Assembly (NCBI GenBank): GCA_963793305.1 | Contig: CAWBZV010000014.1 | Location: 96,001-160,000 of the forward strand | DNA length: 64,000 nt | Origin: an uncultured Gemmatimonadales bacterium | Lineage (GTDB): Bacteria > Gemmatimonadota > Gemmatimonadetes > Gemmatimonadales > Gemmatimonadaceae | Direction: 5' to 3' | Shown: positions 52,653-64,000 of the stretch, in pieces | Numbering within the stretch: the first letter of the stretch is position 1 | How the letters are laid out: every line of letters begins with the position of its first letter | Notes under the pieces: model-generated | The model's database searches: none | Told to the model about the DNA's origin: nothing | What the model saw: only the letters and a program-made list of their open reading frames with translations | Made by a program: the position numbers and the translations under genes

Positions 52653-53305
52653 CTGGCGGATGCCCCGACCGGTGTTGTCCCGACGACTGTTTGGGGCGCC
52701 ACCACGATCGTGCGCGGTGGCAATGGGGAACCCGGGTTAGGCTGCATCGTGATGTTCATCGACACTTGGAATTGCGCCATCTGGCATGGGACCGGCGGGC
52801 CCACTTCGCTGGTGCATGGACCGCCTGTGGAGCGCATCGTGATGCTGACGCTTCCTGTTACCGCGTCGTACTCGCCGCTCTGCCACAAGGTGCTATCCGC
52901 GAGCAAGAACGCGAAGCGGCGACTCGTGGCGTTCTCTAGTCCCATCCAGACGACGTGCTGCAAGCTCAAGCCATCGTACGCAACGAACACGTATGACGTA
53001 TCGACTTGGTATGGCGCCACGGGGCTGTTGAGGCTGCGCAGGACAAATCCATACCAATCGCCGGCGCCCGCCGAGGTCGTGATCTGGACCCTGGAGGGCA
53101 CGACGCCCTCGAGCGGTGCGATCTTGACGACATTGACGAAATCGCACCACGCGGGGTCGTGCGACGGGGTGCACTCGACGGCGAGCGAATCGAAGTGCGC
53201 GACCAGTTGCGCGGCGCTCAACGCCGGCGCCGGCGCGGTCGAGCTTCCACAGGCGATAATGCCGGCGCTGAGTGCGATGAGGGAGATGCAGCAGAGGCTT
53301 CTCAC
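52487..53305 (-). CDS. Orphan lipoprotein-like gene on the opposite strand between ribH and nusB (alternative start 53335)
   Basis: MRSLCCISLIALSAGIIA-CGSSTAP lipobox; frame stays open until 52487, inside ribH. Confidence 0.55.
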   Translation of the reverse strand: MRSLCCISLIALSAGIIACGSSTAPAPALSAAQLVAHFDSLAVECTPSHDPAWCDFVNVVKIAPLEGVVPSRVQITTSAGAGDWYGFVLRSLNSPVAPYQVDTSYVFVAYDGLSLQHVVWMGLENATSRRFAFLLADSTLWQSGEYDAVTGSVSITMRSTGGPCTSEVGPPVPCQMAQFQVSMNITMQPNPGSPLPPRTIVVAPQTVVGTTPVGASASQRVSSSSTARRANKSAISMAARAASAPLLPCNPPARASACSIVSHVSNPNPTGV

Positions 53306-53339
53306 GACTACGTTCCCCAGGCAATGGTGAGCCATCGGC

Positions 53340-53762
53340 GTGGCGCGGACCCGTCTTGAGACTCGCGCGCGATCGCGCGCGCTGCAAGCCCTGTACGCGT
53401 GGGATATTCGGTCGGCGCGGGATCCGCTGATGCGAATCGCCGCGCAGGTGTGGGACGATTTGGCGGTGCCGCCCGACGAGCGCCAGATCGCCGGCGAGAT
53501 CGTGCGCATCGTGTCGAGTCAGGGTGCGGACCTCGATCGCACGCTCGCCGATGTGACGACGAATTGGCGGTTGGACCGCATCGGCGCGATCGAGCGGTCC
53601 GTGTTGCGGCTCGCGGCCGCGGAGCTTGCCCGGGGCGTGACGCCCCCCCGCGTGGTGATTCAGGAAGCGATACGACTCGCCGAACGATACGGGTCCGCGA
53701 AGAGTGCGGCGTTCGTGAACGGGGTCCTCGACGCGCTCGCGCGGCGCACAGGGCGGTTATAG
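53340..53762 (+). CDS. nusB: Transcription antitermination factor NusB
   Basis: ARSRALQALY, NWRLDRI, FVNGVLD. Confidence 0.93.
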   Translation: MARTRLETRARSRALQALYAWDIRSARDPLMRIAAQVWDDLAVPPDERQIAGEIVRIVSSQGADLDRTLADVTTNWRLDRIGAIERSVLRLAAAELARGVTPPRVVIQEAIRLAERYGSAKSAAFVNGVLDALARRTGRL

Positions 53763-53768
53763 GCGCGC

Positions 53769-54899
53769 ATGCGCATCGTCGTCGTCAACTGGCAGGATCG
53801 CGAGAATCCGCAAGCCGGCGGAGCGGAGACGCATCTGCATGAGCTCTTTGGGCGTCTCGTCGGATACGGGCACGAGGTGTCACTCGTGTGTGCGGGTTGG
53901 CGCGGCGCGGCGGCGCGCGCGGAGCTCGATGGCATCCAGGTCTATCGGGTCGGGACGCGCCACACCTATCCCCTGCACGCCCGGCGCCACTACGAATCGC
54001 TCTTCCCACCCGGCACCCACGACATCCTCGTCGAGGATCTCAACAAGATCCCGCTGGCAACGCCGCAGTGGAAAGCGCCGCCGGTCGTTGGGCTGGTGCA
54101 CCATCTCTTCGGGCTGACGGCGTTTCGGGAGCTCGCGGCGCCACTGGCGAGTGCGGTCTGGCTCGCTGAGCGGCCGCTTCCGCTCATCTATCGGAATGTG
54201 CCGTTTCAGGCGGTCAGCGAAAGCACCGCCAGTGATCTGGTCGCTCGCGGAATCAAACGCGAGAACGTTACGGTCATCTTTCAGGGGGTCGACACTGGCT
54301 GGTATACCCCATGTGATACCGAGCGGACGACTGAGCCACGGTTCGCATACCTCGGTCGTCTAAAGAGATACAAAGGGGTGCATCTGGTCATTCGGGCCTT
54401 TGCGGAGGTCAGGCAGCGCTACCCAACGGCGACGTTGGATATCGCCGGGGCTGGCGACTACCGGCCTAAGCTGGAGCGACTCACAAGCTCGCTTGACCTC
54501 GGGGAGAGCGTACGGTTTCTTGGCAGAGTGTCCGAGCGGGAGAAGTTGGCGCTCTTGAGGCGGTCGTGGGCGCTGTTGTTTGCGTCGCCGAAGGAGGGGT
54601 GGGGTATAACGAACCTCGAGGCGGCGGCGTGCGGTACGCCGGTGGTGGCCTCGAACTCACCCGGCATCCGGGAGTCCGTCATCGACGGCAAGACCGGCTA
54701 TCTCGTTCCGCATGGCGACATCCACGCGCTGGCCGACGCCCTTGGACGATTCGCGGGTGAGCCAGGGCTCGTACGTATGATGGGCGCCAACGGGCGGAAA
54801 TTTGCCGAGACCTTCACCTGGGATCGAGCCGCGACTGAGACCGAAGCGCACCTCTCTTCCGTTCTTGCGTACAGCAACCAAGCCACACACGGAGGGTAA
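53769..54899 (+). CDS. GT4-family glycosyltransferase
   Basis: NPQAGGAE, GRLKRYKG, EGWGITNLEA (EX7E). Confidence 0.88.
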   Translation: MRIVVVNWQDRENPQAGGAETHLHELFGRLVGYGHEVSLVCAGWRGAAARAELDGIQVYRVGTRHTYPLHARRHYESLFPPGTHDILVEDLNKIPLATPQWKAPPVVGLVHHLFGLTAFRELAAPLASAVWLAERPLPLIYRNVPFQAVSESTASDLVARGIKRENVTVIFQGVDTGWYTPCDTERTTEPRFAYLGRLKRYKGVHLVIRAFAEVRQRYPTATLDIAGAGDYRPKLERLTSSLDLGESVRFLGRVSEREKLALLRRSWALLFASPKEGWGITNLEAAACGTPVVASNSPGIRESVIDGKTGYLVPHGDIHALADALGRFAGEPGLVRMMGANGRKFAETFTWDRAATETEAHLSSVLAYSNQATHGG

Positions 54900-54903
54900 G
54901 CTC

Positions 54904-55236
54904 ATGGACGTCATCTTTCATGCCCACCACGCCGTCATCTCCGATCGAGTTCGTGCCCGAGCGCAGGAAGCAGTCGAGCGCGCGGCCGAGCGACTCAAGC
55001 GGAGCGTCGACGCCGTGGTGCGGTTTGAGGGAGACGGCCGAACGCGGCGCGTGGAGATCGTGCTCCATGCGCCACGGCATCGGAGGCTGGTCGCCGAGGG
55101 TCACGCCCCGTTCTTTGGCGCGGCGCTCGCAAATGCAATCCGGTGCATCGAAGCGCAATTGCGCAGCACCAAACGAACGCCCAAGGCTCGACGAGCCCGG
55201 CCCCCTGCATTGACACTGCGCGAGAGCCGCGCCTAA
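54904..55236 (+). CDS. hpf: HPF/RaiA-family ribosome-associated protein (short form)
   Basis: GGAGG SD; size and VEIVL...LVAEG pattern; upstream of hprK. Confidence 0.7.
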   Translation: MDVIFHAHHAVISDRVRARAQEAVERAAERLKRSVDAVVRFEGDGRTRRVEIVLHAPRHRRLVAEGHAPFFGAALANAIRCIEAQLRSTKRTPKARRARPPALTLRESRA

Positions 55237-55239
55237 CCT
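55210..55239 (+). promoter_or_regulatory. Putative sigma70 promoter, leaderless for hprK
   Basis: TTGACA 55210-55215, 18 nt, TAACCT 55234-55239, 5 nt, GTG 55245. Confidence 0.55.
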
Positions 55240-55244
55240 ATCGA

Positions 55245-56228
55245 GTGCCACGAACCATCACGGTCGGCCACCTCTACGAGCGACTCCGCGACGCGCTGGA
55301 GCTCGAACAGGTGGTCGTCCCTGGTGGTGGCGGCCTGGGACTCGACCGGCCGATCACGTCATCCGAGGTCTCCTCTCCCGGTCTGGTCCTGGCCGGGTAC
55401 GTCGAGCGGTTCGCCGGGGGGCGCCTCTTGGTCTTAGGCGAGACCGAGATCTCGTATCTCAATTCACTCAGCGTTGAACACCGCCTCGCTTCGCTCCGGC
55501 GGTTTTTCGAGTTCCCGATCCCGGCATTGTTTATTACCAAGTCTCAAGGCCTGCCAGCGGGATTGGCTGAAATGGCGGCGGGTGCCGGGGTGCCGGTGTT
55601 TCGGTCCCCACTCAAAACCAACGAATTCTATCGGCGCATGTGGCCGATGCTCGAGGATGAATTCGCCGCATCGACGACGATCCACGGCTCGCTCGCCGAT
55701 GTCTTTGGCGTCGGGCTGTTGTTCATTGGAAAGAGCGGCATCGGCAAATCCGAGTGCGTCCTGGATCTCGTCGAACGAGGCCATAGACTGGTAGCGGATG
55801 ATCTGGTCATGGTGACGCGCCGAGGCCAGGATGTGCTCGTGGGACGGGGCCACGAGCTGCAAAGACATTTCATGGAAGTCCGCGGTATCGGCCTCGTGGA
55901 CGTCCGGGCGATATTTGGCATCCGCTCCGTGCGCCAGCAGAAGCGCATCGAGGTGATCGTCCAGTTGGAAGAATGGAATTCCGAAGCCGTGATCGACCGC
56001 ACCGGGCTGGATGGCGTCACCATGGAGATCCTCAATGTGCCTATCCCAAAGATCACGGTGCCCCTCAATCCGGGCAAAAACATTACGGTGGTCGCGGAGG
56101 TGATCGCGATGAACCATCTCTTGCGGTACTCTGGTGTCGACGCCGCCGAGGCGTTCAACGAGCGCTTGATCGCGCGCATGCGCGATGCCTCGTCCATCCG
56201 TCGCTACCTGCAGGAAGACGATGAGTGA
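55245..56228 (+). CDS. hprK: HPr kinase/phosphorylase
   Basis: GKSGIGKSE, GHRLVADD, MEVRGIG. Confidence 0.95.
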   Translation: MPRTITVGHLYERLRDALELEQVVVPGGGGLGLDRPITSSEVSSPGLVLAGYVERFAGGRLLVLGETEISYLNSLSVEHRLASLRRFFEFPIPALFITKSQGLPAGLAEMAAGAGVPVFRSPLKTNEFYRRMWPMLEDEFAASTTIHGSLADVFGVGLLFIGKSGIGKSECVLDLVERGHRLVADDLVMVTRRGQDVLVGRGHELQRHFMEVRGIGLVDVRAIFGIRSVRQQKRIEVIVQLEEWNSEAVIDRTGLDGVTMEILNVPIPKITVPLNPGKNITVVAEVIAMNHLLRYSGVDAAEAFNERLIARMRDASSIRRYLQEDDE

Positions 56229-56619
56229 CGCGGCCGTCCGCGCCATCGTCGCCGGACACGGCGACTTCGCGACCGGGATGATCTCGGCCGTCGACCAGAT
56301 CACGGGCCGTGGCGGAGTCTTCGCGCCGATGACGAACCGCGACCTCTCCATGGAGGACATCACGAATGCGCTGGAGTCCCTCATCGATCACACTGGCGCC
56401 GCGGTCGTGTTCACGGATCTGCCGGCCGGGAGCGCGACCGTCGCCGCGCGGCGCGTGCAGCGCGCGCACCCCGATCTCGTCGTCGTGACGGCGATCAGTC
56501 TGCCCGTGCTGCTCGACTTCGTGTTCCAGGGCGACCTGGCCGCCGCCGATGCGGCGCGGCACGCCGTCGAGAAGGGGCACGGCGCCATGGCGATCGTGGG
56601 GTTACCCGGTGCCCGTTGA
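56221..56619 (+). CDS. PTS mannose-family EIIA
   Basis: IVAGHG, FTDLPAGS. Confidence 0.85.
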   Translation: MSDAAVRAIVAGHGDFATGMISAVDQITGRGGVFAPMTNRDLSMEDITNALESLIDHTGAAVVFTDLPAGSATVAARRVQRAHPDLVVVTAISLPVLLDFVFQGDLAAADAARHAVEKGHGAMAIVGLPGAR

Positions 56620-57106
56620 TCTCTATCGTATCGACGACCGCCGGATCCACGGACAGGTCGTCGTGGGCTGGGGCCAGCCGCTCGACCTGGGGTTCATCGT
56701 GCTCGTCGATGACGAGATCGCGTCCAGCGATTGGGAGCAAGAGCTCTATCGCATGGGCGTTCCGCCGGACATGGACGTGTTCTTCGAGAGCGTCGACAGC
56801 ATCGCCACGGATTTTGCGCGGTTTGCGCGAGACGCGCGGCACGGCATTTTGCTGACAAGCGACATCGACACGATGCGTCAGCTCGTCGAGCGCATGCCGA
56901 ACGCCATTCGGGCCGTCAACCTCGGCGGCATTCATCATCGGCCGGGACGAAGCCCGAAGCTGCGATACGTCTTTCTCGATGGGGCCGAAGAGGATGCGTT
57001 GCGCGGGCTCGCGTCGCGTGGCGTCGTCGTCAGCGCGCAGGATGTGCCAGCCGCGCGACCCATTCCGCTCGACGAGGTCTTGGCGCTCCATGGGGCCGCC
57101 AAGTGA
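56609..57106 (+). CDS. PTS mannose-family EIIB
   Basis: RIDDRRIHGQV, VNLGG. Confidence 0.88.
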   Translation: MPVDLYRIDDRRIHGQVVVGWGQPLDLGFIVLVDDEIASSDWEQELYRMGVPPDMDVFFESVDSIATDFARFARDARHGILLTSDIDTMRQLVERMPNAIRAVNLGGIHHRPGRSPKLRYVFLDGAEEDALRGLASRGVVVSAQDVPAARPIPLDEVLALHGAAK

Positions 57107-57804
57107 ATTGGTTCAATCTCGTCCCGTTCGTGTTGCTGGGCGCCATCGTTGGGCTCGATGTCGTCAGCTTTCCGCAGGCCATGATTTCGCGCCCCATTGT
57201 CGCGGCCACCGCGAGCGCGGCCCTCGGCGGACATCCGGGGCTCGGGCTCGCCCTCGGTGCGACGCTCGAGCTCATCGCGCTCGAGATGCTGCCATTCGGG
57301 GCGTCCCGCTATCCCGAGTGGGGTTCGGCGGCCGTCGTCGGCGGGGCCATCATTGCCGGCACGCCAGGCCAAACTATCACGCCGACGGTCACCTCATCGG
57401 CCCTCGTGTTGGCCGTGCTGGCCGCTCTCGCCACTGCGTGGGTCGGCGGCTGGACCATGGTTATGCTGCGTCGTCTCAACGCGGTATGGGCGCGACGTGC
57501 CACGGCCATACTCGACACCGGATCGCCACGAACTGTCGATGGGCTGCAGATCAGAGGGTTGTGTGCGGATTTGCTTCGTGGGGCGCTGCTGACGGGGATC
57601 GCATTGGCCGTTCTCAATCCGATAGTAGACGCGGTCATTCACTTGTGGGGCGTGCCGCCTGCGCAGTCGCGAGCCGTTGTGGTGGGAGTCTCGGCGACGG
57701 TGGCCGTGGCGGCGGCTTGGAAGGTGTTTCATACGACCAAGGGCGCGCCTTGGTTCTTTCTCGCCGGATTGGCGGCGGGTGTTGCGTTGGCGTGGGCCCA
57801 ATGA
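57103..57804 (+). CDS. PTS mannose-family EIIC
   Basis: SRPIVA, GATLELIAL...PFGA; multi-TM. Confidence 0.82.
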   Translation: MNWFNLVPFVLLGAIVGLDVVSFPQAMISRPIVAATASAALGGHPGLGLALGATLELIALEMLPFGASRYPEWGSAAVVGGAIIAGTPGQTITPTVTSSALVLAVLAALATAWVGGWTMVMLRRLNAVWARRATAILDTGSPRTVDGLQIRGLCADLLRGALLTGIALAVLNPIVDAVIHLWGVPPAQSRAVVVGVSATVAVAAAWKVFHTTKGAPWFFLAGLAAGVALAWAQ

Positions 57805-58568
57805 CGGAGCCCACGCGAGTTCCACGCAAGACCTGGCTTGCCATGTTTACCCGGCTGCTCGCGGTGCAAGGATCCTGGAACTACGAGCTGCTCATGGGCA
57901 ACGGTATCGCTTTCGCGGCCGAGCCGGGCCTCCGCCTCTTGCCAGAAACGGAGTACCGAGAGGCGTTGGCCCGCCAGGGGCGCTATTTTAACTGCCACCC
58001 CTATCTCGCGTCTGTTGCCGTCGGCTCGCTGGTGCGAGCCGAGTTGGAGCACGTGCCGGGACCGAAGATCGACCGGTTTCGGACCGCGTTGTGTGGGCCG
58101 CTCGGGAGCGTGGGTGATCGATTGATTTGGGCCGGCTGGCTCCCGGCGTGCTCGCTCTTGGCGCTCGTGGTGTTTGGCGCCGGCGCGCCGGCATGGGTCG
58201 TGGTGACGGTATTTCTCGGGCTGTACAATGTCGGTCACTTGAGTCTGAGGGCGTGGGGATTATCGACGGGGCTTTCTTCAGGCATGCATGTCGCGAAAGC
58301 CCTCGCCGGCCCCGTGTTCCGGCGTGGCCCAGATGTGATAGCGAGAGCCGGCGCCTTGCTGGCTGGTATGGCGATTCCGGCGGCGTTGGCGCGAGTGGTG
58401 CGGCATGGACCAGCGCCCGGGTCCGCGGCGTTGTACGTCGATGTGGTGGCCGGCGTGTTAGCCGGCGGTGTGCTCCTGGTGCGTATGCACGGCCGCGTGG
58501 ACGGTTGGCGCATCGCGCTCGTGGTGCTGGCGGCGTTCGTCCTCTACGCGGTGTTACGGCATGGCTGA
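57801..58568 (+). CDS. PTS mannose-family EIID
   Basis: QGSWNYE, YFNCHP, GPLGSVGD. Confidence 0.88.
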   Translation: MTEPTRVPRKTWLAMFTRLLAVQGSWNYELLMGNGIAFAAEPGLRLLPETEYREALARQGRYFNCHPYLASVAVGSLVRAELEHVPGPKIDRFRTALCGPLGSVGDRLIWAGWLPACSLLALVVFGAGAPAWVVVTVFLGLYNVGHLSLRAWGLSTGLSSGMHVAKALAGPVFRRGPDVIARAGALLAGMAIPAALARVVRHGPAPGSAALYVDVVAGVLAGGVLLVRMHGRVDGWRIALVVLAAFVLYAVLRHG

Positions 58569-58827
58569 ACGGAGCGTGAAGATCGTCAACAAGAATGGGC
58601 TCCACGCCCGGCCAGCGGCCGAGATCGTGAAGACCGCCTCGAAGTTCACGAGCGATATCATCATCGTGCGCGATGAGCTCGAGGTCAACGGGAAGAGCAT
58701 CATGGGCGTGATGATGCTCGCGGCCGAGTGCGGCTCGGAGGTGACGCTCCGCGCGACCGGCCCGGACGAGTCGGACGCGGTGGAGGCGATCGCGACACTC
58801 ATCTCCAGCAAGTTCGGAGAGAAATAG
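58561..58827 (+). CDS. ptsH: Phosphocarrier HPr
   Basis: GLHARPA (His15) and GKSIMG (Ser46). Confidence 0.95.
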   Translation: MAERSVKIVNKNGLHARPAAEIVKTASKFTSDIIIVRDELEVNGKSIMGVMMLAAECGSEVTLRATGPDESDAVEAIATLISSKFGEK

Positions 58828-60603
58828 GTGGATCGGACGCTCGCGGGGCTGCCCGCGTCCCCGGGGATCGTCGTCGGGCCCGTGTACCTCTTGCGCTGGG
58901 AGGTGCCCGAGGTCGGTCATCGCATCATTGGCGACGATGCTATCCCCGAGGAGATCGAGCGTCTGCGCTCGGCGTTCGGCCGGGCAAAGGAACGCCTGCG
59001 CCACATTCGCGCGCGCGCGGAGGCACACGCCGGTCCGGACGAGGCGCGTATCTTCGACGCGCAGCTCATGATCCTCGAGGATCCGACGCTGCTCCAGGAG
59101 GTCGAGTCGGTGATTCACCAGAACTACGGGGCGGAAAAAGCCTTCGATCTGGTGATGCTGGAGCACCGCCAACGGTTCGCTCGCCAGACCCATGCGCTCT
59201 TGCGCGAGAAAGTCAGCGATCTGACGGACGTTCACATTCGGGTCCTGACGGCCTTACTGGATCTGCCCGACCACGATCCAGTCGACGTGCCGAAGGGTGC
59301 AAACGCGATTCTGTTGACCCATGATCTGACGCCGAGCCTGACCGTTCAGCTCGACCGCGAGGCTATCGTTGGCATCGCGACCGATGGCGGCACGGGCACT
59401 TCGCACGTAGCGATTCTGGCGCGATCACTCGGCCTTCCAGCCGTACTGGGCCTACGAGACGCGACGACGCGTCTCACCGGCGATGAGCGCGTGGTACTCG
59501 ATGGCTTCGCGGGCGTTCTCGTGGTCAACCCGACCGACGCCGAAGTCGATGCCTATCGCGTGCGGGCGAGAAGGGAAGCCGAGCGTCAGGCCGAGTTGCG
59601 GCATTTTGCGATGGCCGAGCCGATTACGAAAGACGGCGTGCGCATCACCGTCCTGGCCAACGTCGACTTGCCGGAAGAAGCGGAGAGTGCCGCGCAAAGT
59701 GGCGCGGAAGGCGTTGGCCTCATGCGCACCGAGTTTCTGGTGGTGGGACGAGCCACCATGCCTGACGAAGAAGAGCAGTATCGCTCGTACGCGCGGGTCG
59801 TCGAAGCGTTTGCCGGACAGCCGGTGGTGATCAGAACGTTCGATGTCGGCGGCGACAAGCTTCCCGCGGGAACGTACCCGGTCGAACAGAACCCGTTCCT
59901 CGGCTGGCGCGCGATCCGGATGTGTCTCGATGAGTCGGAGCTATTCAAGACGCAACTGCGCGCGCTGCTGAGAGCAGCCATGCACGGCGACGTGCGCATC
60001 ATGTTGCCGCTCGTCGTCACGCTGGATGAAGTCCATCAGGCGCGAACGCTGATCCAGGAGGCGGCCGAGGAGCTCGAAGCCCGGGGGACGGCGTACAGCG
60101 ACAGCGTGCCGATTGGCGTGATGATCGAGACGCCCGCGGCGGCGGTCGCGGTGGACACGTTCGCTCGGGATGTCGCGTTTTTCAGCATCGGCACCAACGA
60201 CCTCGTGCAGTACACGCTTGCCGTGGACCGCGGCAACGCGAACATGGCGTCGCGATTCACGCCATTGCATCCGGCGGTCCTCCGCCTGATCCAGCGCATC
60301 GCCGAGGTCGGCGACAGCAACGGCCTCGAGGTCGGGGTGTGCGGCGAGATGGCGTCAGAGCCGCTGATGGCGTTTGCGCTGATCGGCCTCGGGTTGCGAC
60401 AGCTTTCGGTGGCGCCACGCTCGGTGGCGTTGGTCAAGCGCCTCATTCGCGGCGTCGATGTCGAAACGGCGGCCGCGGCGGCCAAGGAAGCCATGTCCGC
60501 GTCGACCGCCGCGGCGGCCGAGCGCGGGTTGCGGCGGCGCTTGTTGGTGGCACTCGCCGATGACCCGATCCTAGGGGAGAACGGGTTGCCCAGCCCCGCG
60601 TGA
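58828..60603 (+). CDS. ptsI: PTS Enzyme I
   Basis: TSHVAILAR, GLMRTEF, NPFLGWRAIR, GTNDLVQY, CGEMA. Confidence 0.95.
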   Translation: MDRTLAGLPASPGIVVGPVYLLRWEVPEVGHRIIGDDAIPEEIERLRSAFGRAKERLRHIRARAEAHAGPDEARIFDAQLMILEDPTLLQEVESVIHQNYGAEKAFDLVMLEHRQRFARQTHALLREKVSDLTDVHIRVLTALLDLPDHDPVDVPKGANAILLTHDLTPSLTVQLDREAIVGIATDGGTGTSHVAILARSLGLPAVLGLRDATTRLTGDERVVLDGFAGVLVVNPTDAEVDAYRVRARREAERQAELRHFAMAEPITKDGVRITVLANVDLPEEAESAAQSGAEGVGLMRTEFLVVGRATMPDEEEQYRSYARVVEAFAGQPVVIRTFDVGGDKLPAGTYPVEQNPFLGWRAIRMCLDESELFKTQLRALLRAAMHGDVRIMLPLVVTLDEVHQARTLIQEAAEELEARGTAYSDSVPIGVMIETPAAAVAVDTFARDVAFFSIGTNDLVQYTLAVDRGNANMASRFTPLHPAVLRLIQRIAEVGDSNGLEVGVCGEMASEPLMAFALIGLGLRQLSVAPRSVALVKRLIRGVDVETAAAAAKEAMSASTAAAAERGLRRRLLVALADDPILGENGLPSPA

Positions 60604-60664
60604 GCGATAATACTAACACCAGTGAGTCACGCAGTCCGCGGTTAGCCCCCCTCAATATTGCCCT

Positions 60665-63212
<2,548 letters not shown>

Positions 63213-63222
63213 GGGGGCTCGG

Positions 63223-63744
63223 ATGGTCGAGGTGGTGGTCGCCAAACTCGGGCTGGACAGTTCGACCAACAGCCATGTGGTCATCTTGCAGGAGAAGGAT
63301 GGCCACAGGCTGCTGCCCATTTGGATCGGTCAGCCCGAGGCTGACTCGATCGTGATGGAAATGAAGAACGTGAGGCGGGAGCGGCCGCTCACGCATGACC
63401 TCTGCAAGAACCTCATCGTTGGACTCGGCGGCACGCTGCGGCGTGTGCAGATCACGAAGGTACAGAAAAGTACCTACTACGCCGAGCTGCACGTCGCGCG
63501 GCCCGAGGGGCTGGTGCAGATCGACGCGCGGCCGTCCGACAGCATCGCCATCGCGCTCCGGCTCTCCGCGCCCATCTATGCCCAAGAGTCCCTGCTCACG
63601 GCCGTCGTCGAGGAGGAGGGTGAGGACTCCGTCGCGACGGCCGAGTCTCAGGCGCGGCTCGACGAGATGAAATTGACCGCCGAGCAACTCAAGGAGCGGC
63701 TCGAGAACCTGCGGCCAGAGGATCTCGGCAAGTTCAATATCTGA
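63223..63744 (+). CDS. Bifunctional nuclease (DUF151) family protein
   Basis: LPIWIG..EA, RPLTHDL, DARPSDSIAIALR. Confidence 0.9.
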   Translation: MVEVVVAKLGLDSSTNSHVVILQEKDGHRLLPIWIGQPEADSIVMEMKNVRRERPLTHDLCKNLIVGLGGTLRRVQITKVQKSTYYAELHVARPEGLVQIDARPSDSIAIALRLSAPIYAQESLLTAVVEEEGEDSVATAESQARLDEMKLTAEQLKERLENLRPEDLGKFNI

Positions 63745-64000
63745 ACTACGCCCTGCTCGGCCTCGCTTCGCTCGCCCTCGCCGGCGCCGGCGGCGATCAT
63801 GTCGATGGGCGGGTGCTGCGGCGCGTCGGCAAAGGCGTACAGCCGATCGCCGGCACGTGGGTCACGCTGCATTGCGTCGGGTCTGACACGGCCGGTCCGC
63901 TGGATTCGACACGGACCAAGGCCGACGGGCGGTACGCGTTCAACTACAAAAGAACGGGCGATCCGCAGGCCATTCTACTTCGTGTCGTCGACGTTCGATG
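63741..64000 (+). CDS. Partial secreted protein with an Ig-like/carboxypeptidase-regulatory-like domain; start uncertain; probable +1 insertion at about 63973
   Basis: LNYALLGLASLALAG signal-like segment; VTLH..G...GPLDSTRT..DGRYAF. Confidence 0.5.
   Translation, partial: MNYALLGLASLALAGAGGDHVDGRVLRRVGKGVQPIAGTWVTLHCVGSDTAGPLDSTRTKADGRYAFNYKRTGDPQAILLRVVDVR

Noticed and set aside
60604..60664. SAM riboswitch before metK
   Set aside because: The gap is only 61 nt and has no recognisable SAM-I/II consensus.

Overview
High-GC bacterial chromosome segment, mostly + strand housekeeping genes with dense 1-14 nt stop/start overlaps. Gene order and protein style suggest Gemmatimonadota (inference). 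In order: tail of a chemosensory-type cluster (cheW, cheW, TPR, HEXXH peptidase), tRNA-Val(TAC), a dcw cluster (rsmH to ftsZ, without mraZ, murB or ddl), M23 peptidase, vWA protein, ftsY, recG, a sensor kinase plus lipoprotein, asnS, mazG/alr/cdd, a lipoprotein plus beta-barrel pair, a REC-HK hybrid, mtaB, miaB, comFB-like, fbp, an acyl-CoA mutase large subunit, a small accessory islet (MqsR/MqsA-like TA pair, orphan ORF, MsrPQ-like pair), argS, pfkB, purM, ribDEBAH interrupted before nusB by an antisense lipoprotein gene, hpf-hprK with a complete mannose-family PTS, metK, ahcY and a DUF151 gene. Three signals stand out beyond the annotation. (1) About ten apparent frameshifts are the same one-base insertion at a GATG/CATC motif on both strands, pointing to a systematic, probably DNA-modification-driven, sequencing signature; it also creates two false gene fusions. 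(2) Two perfect inverted DnaA boxes form a long inverted repeat between ftsA and ftsZ. (3) -10 hexamers recur 5-8 nt before start codons, suggesting widespread leaderless transcription. I found no clearly new multi-gene system.
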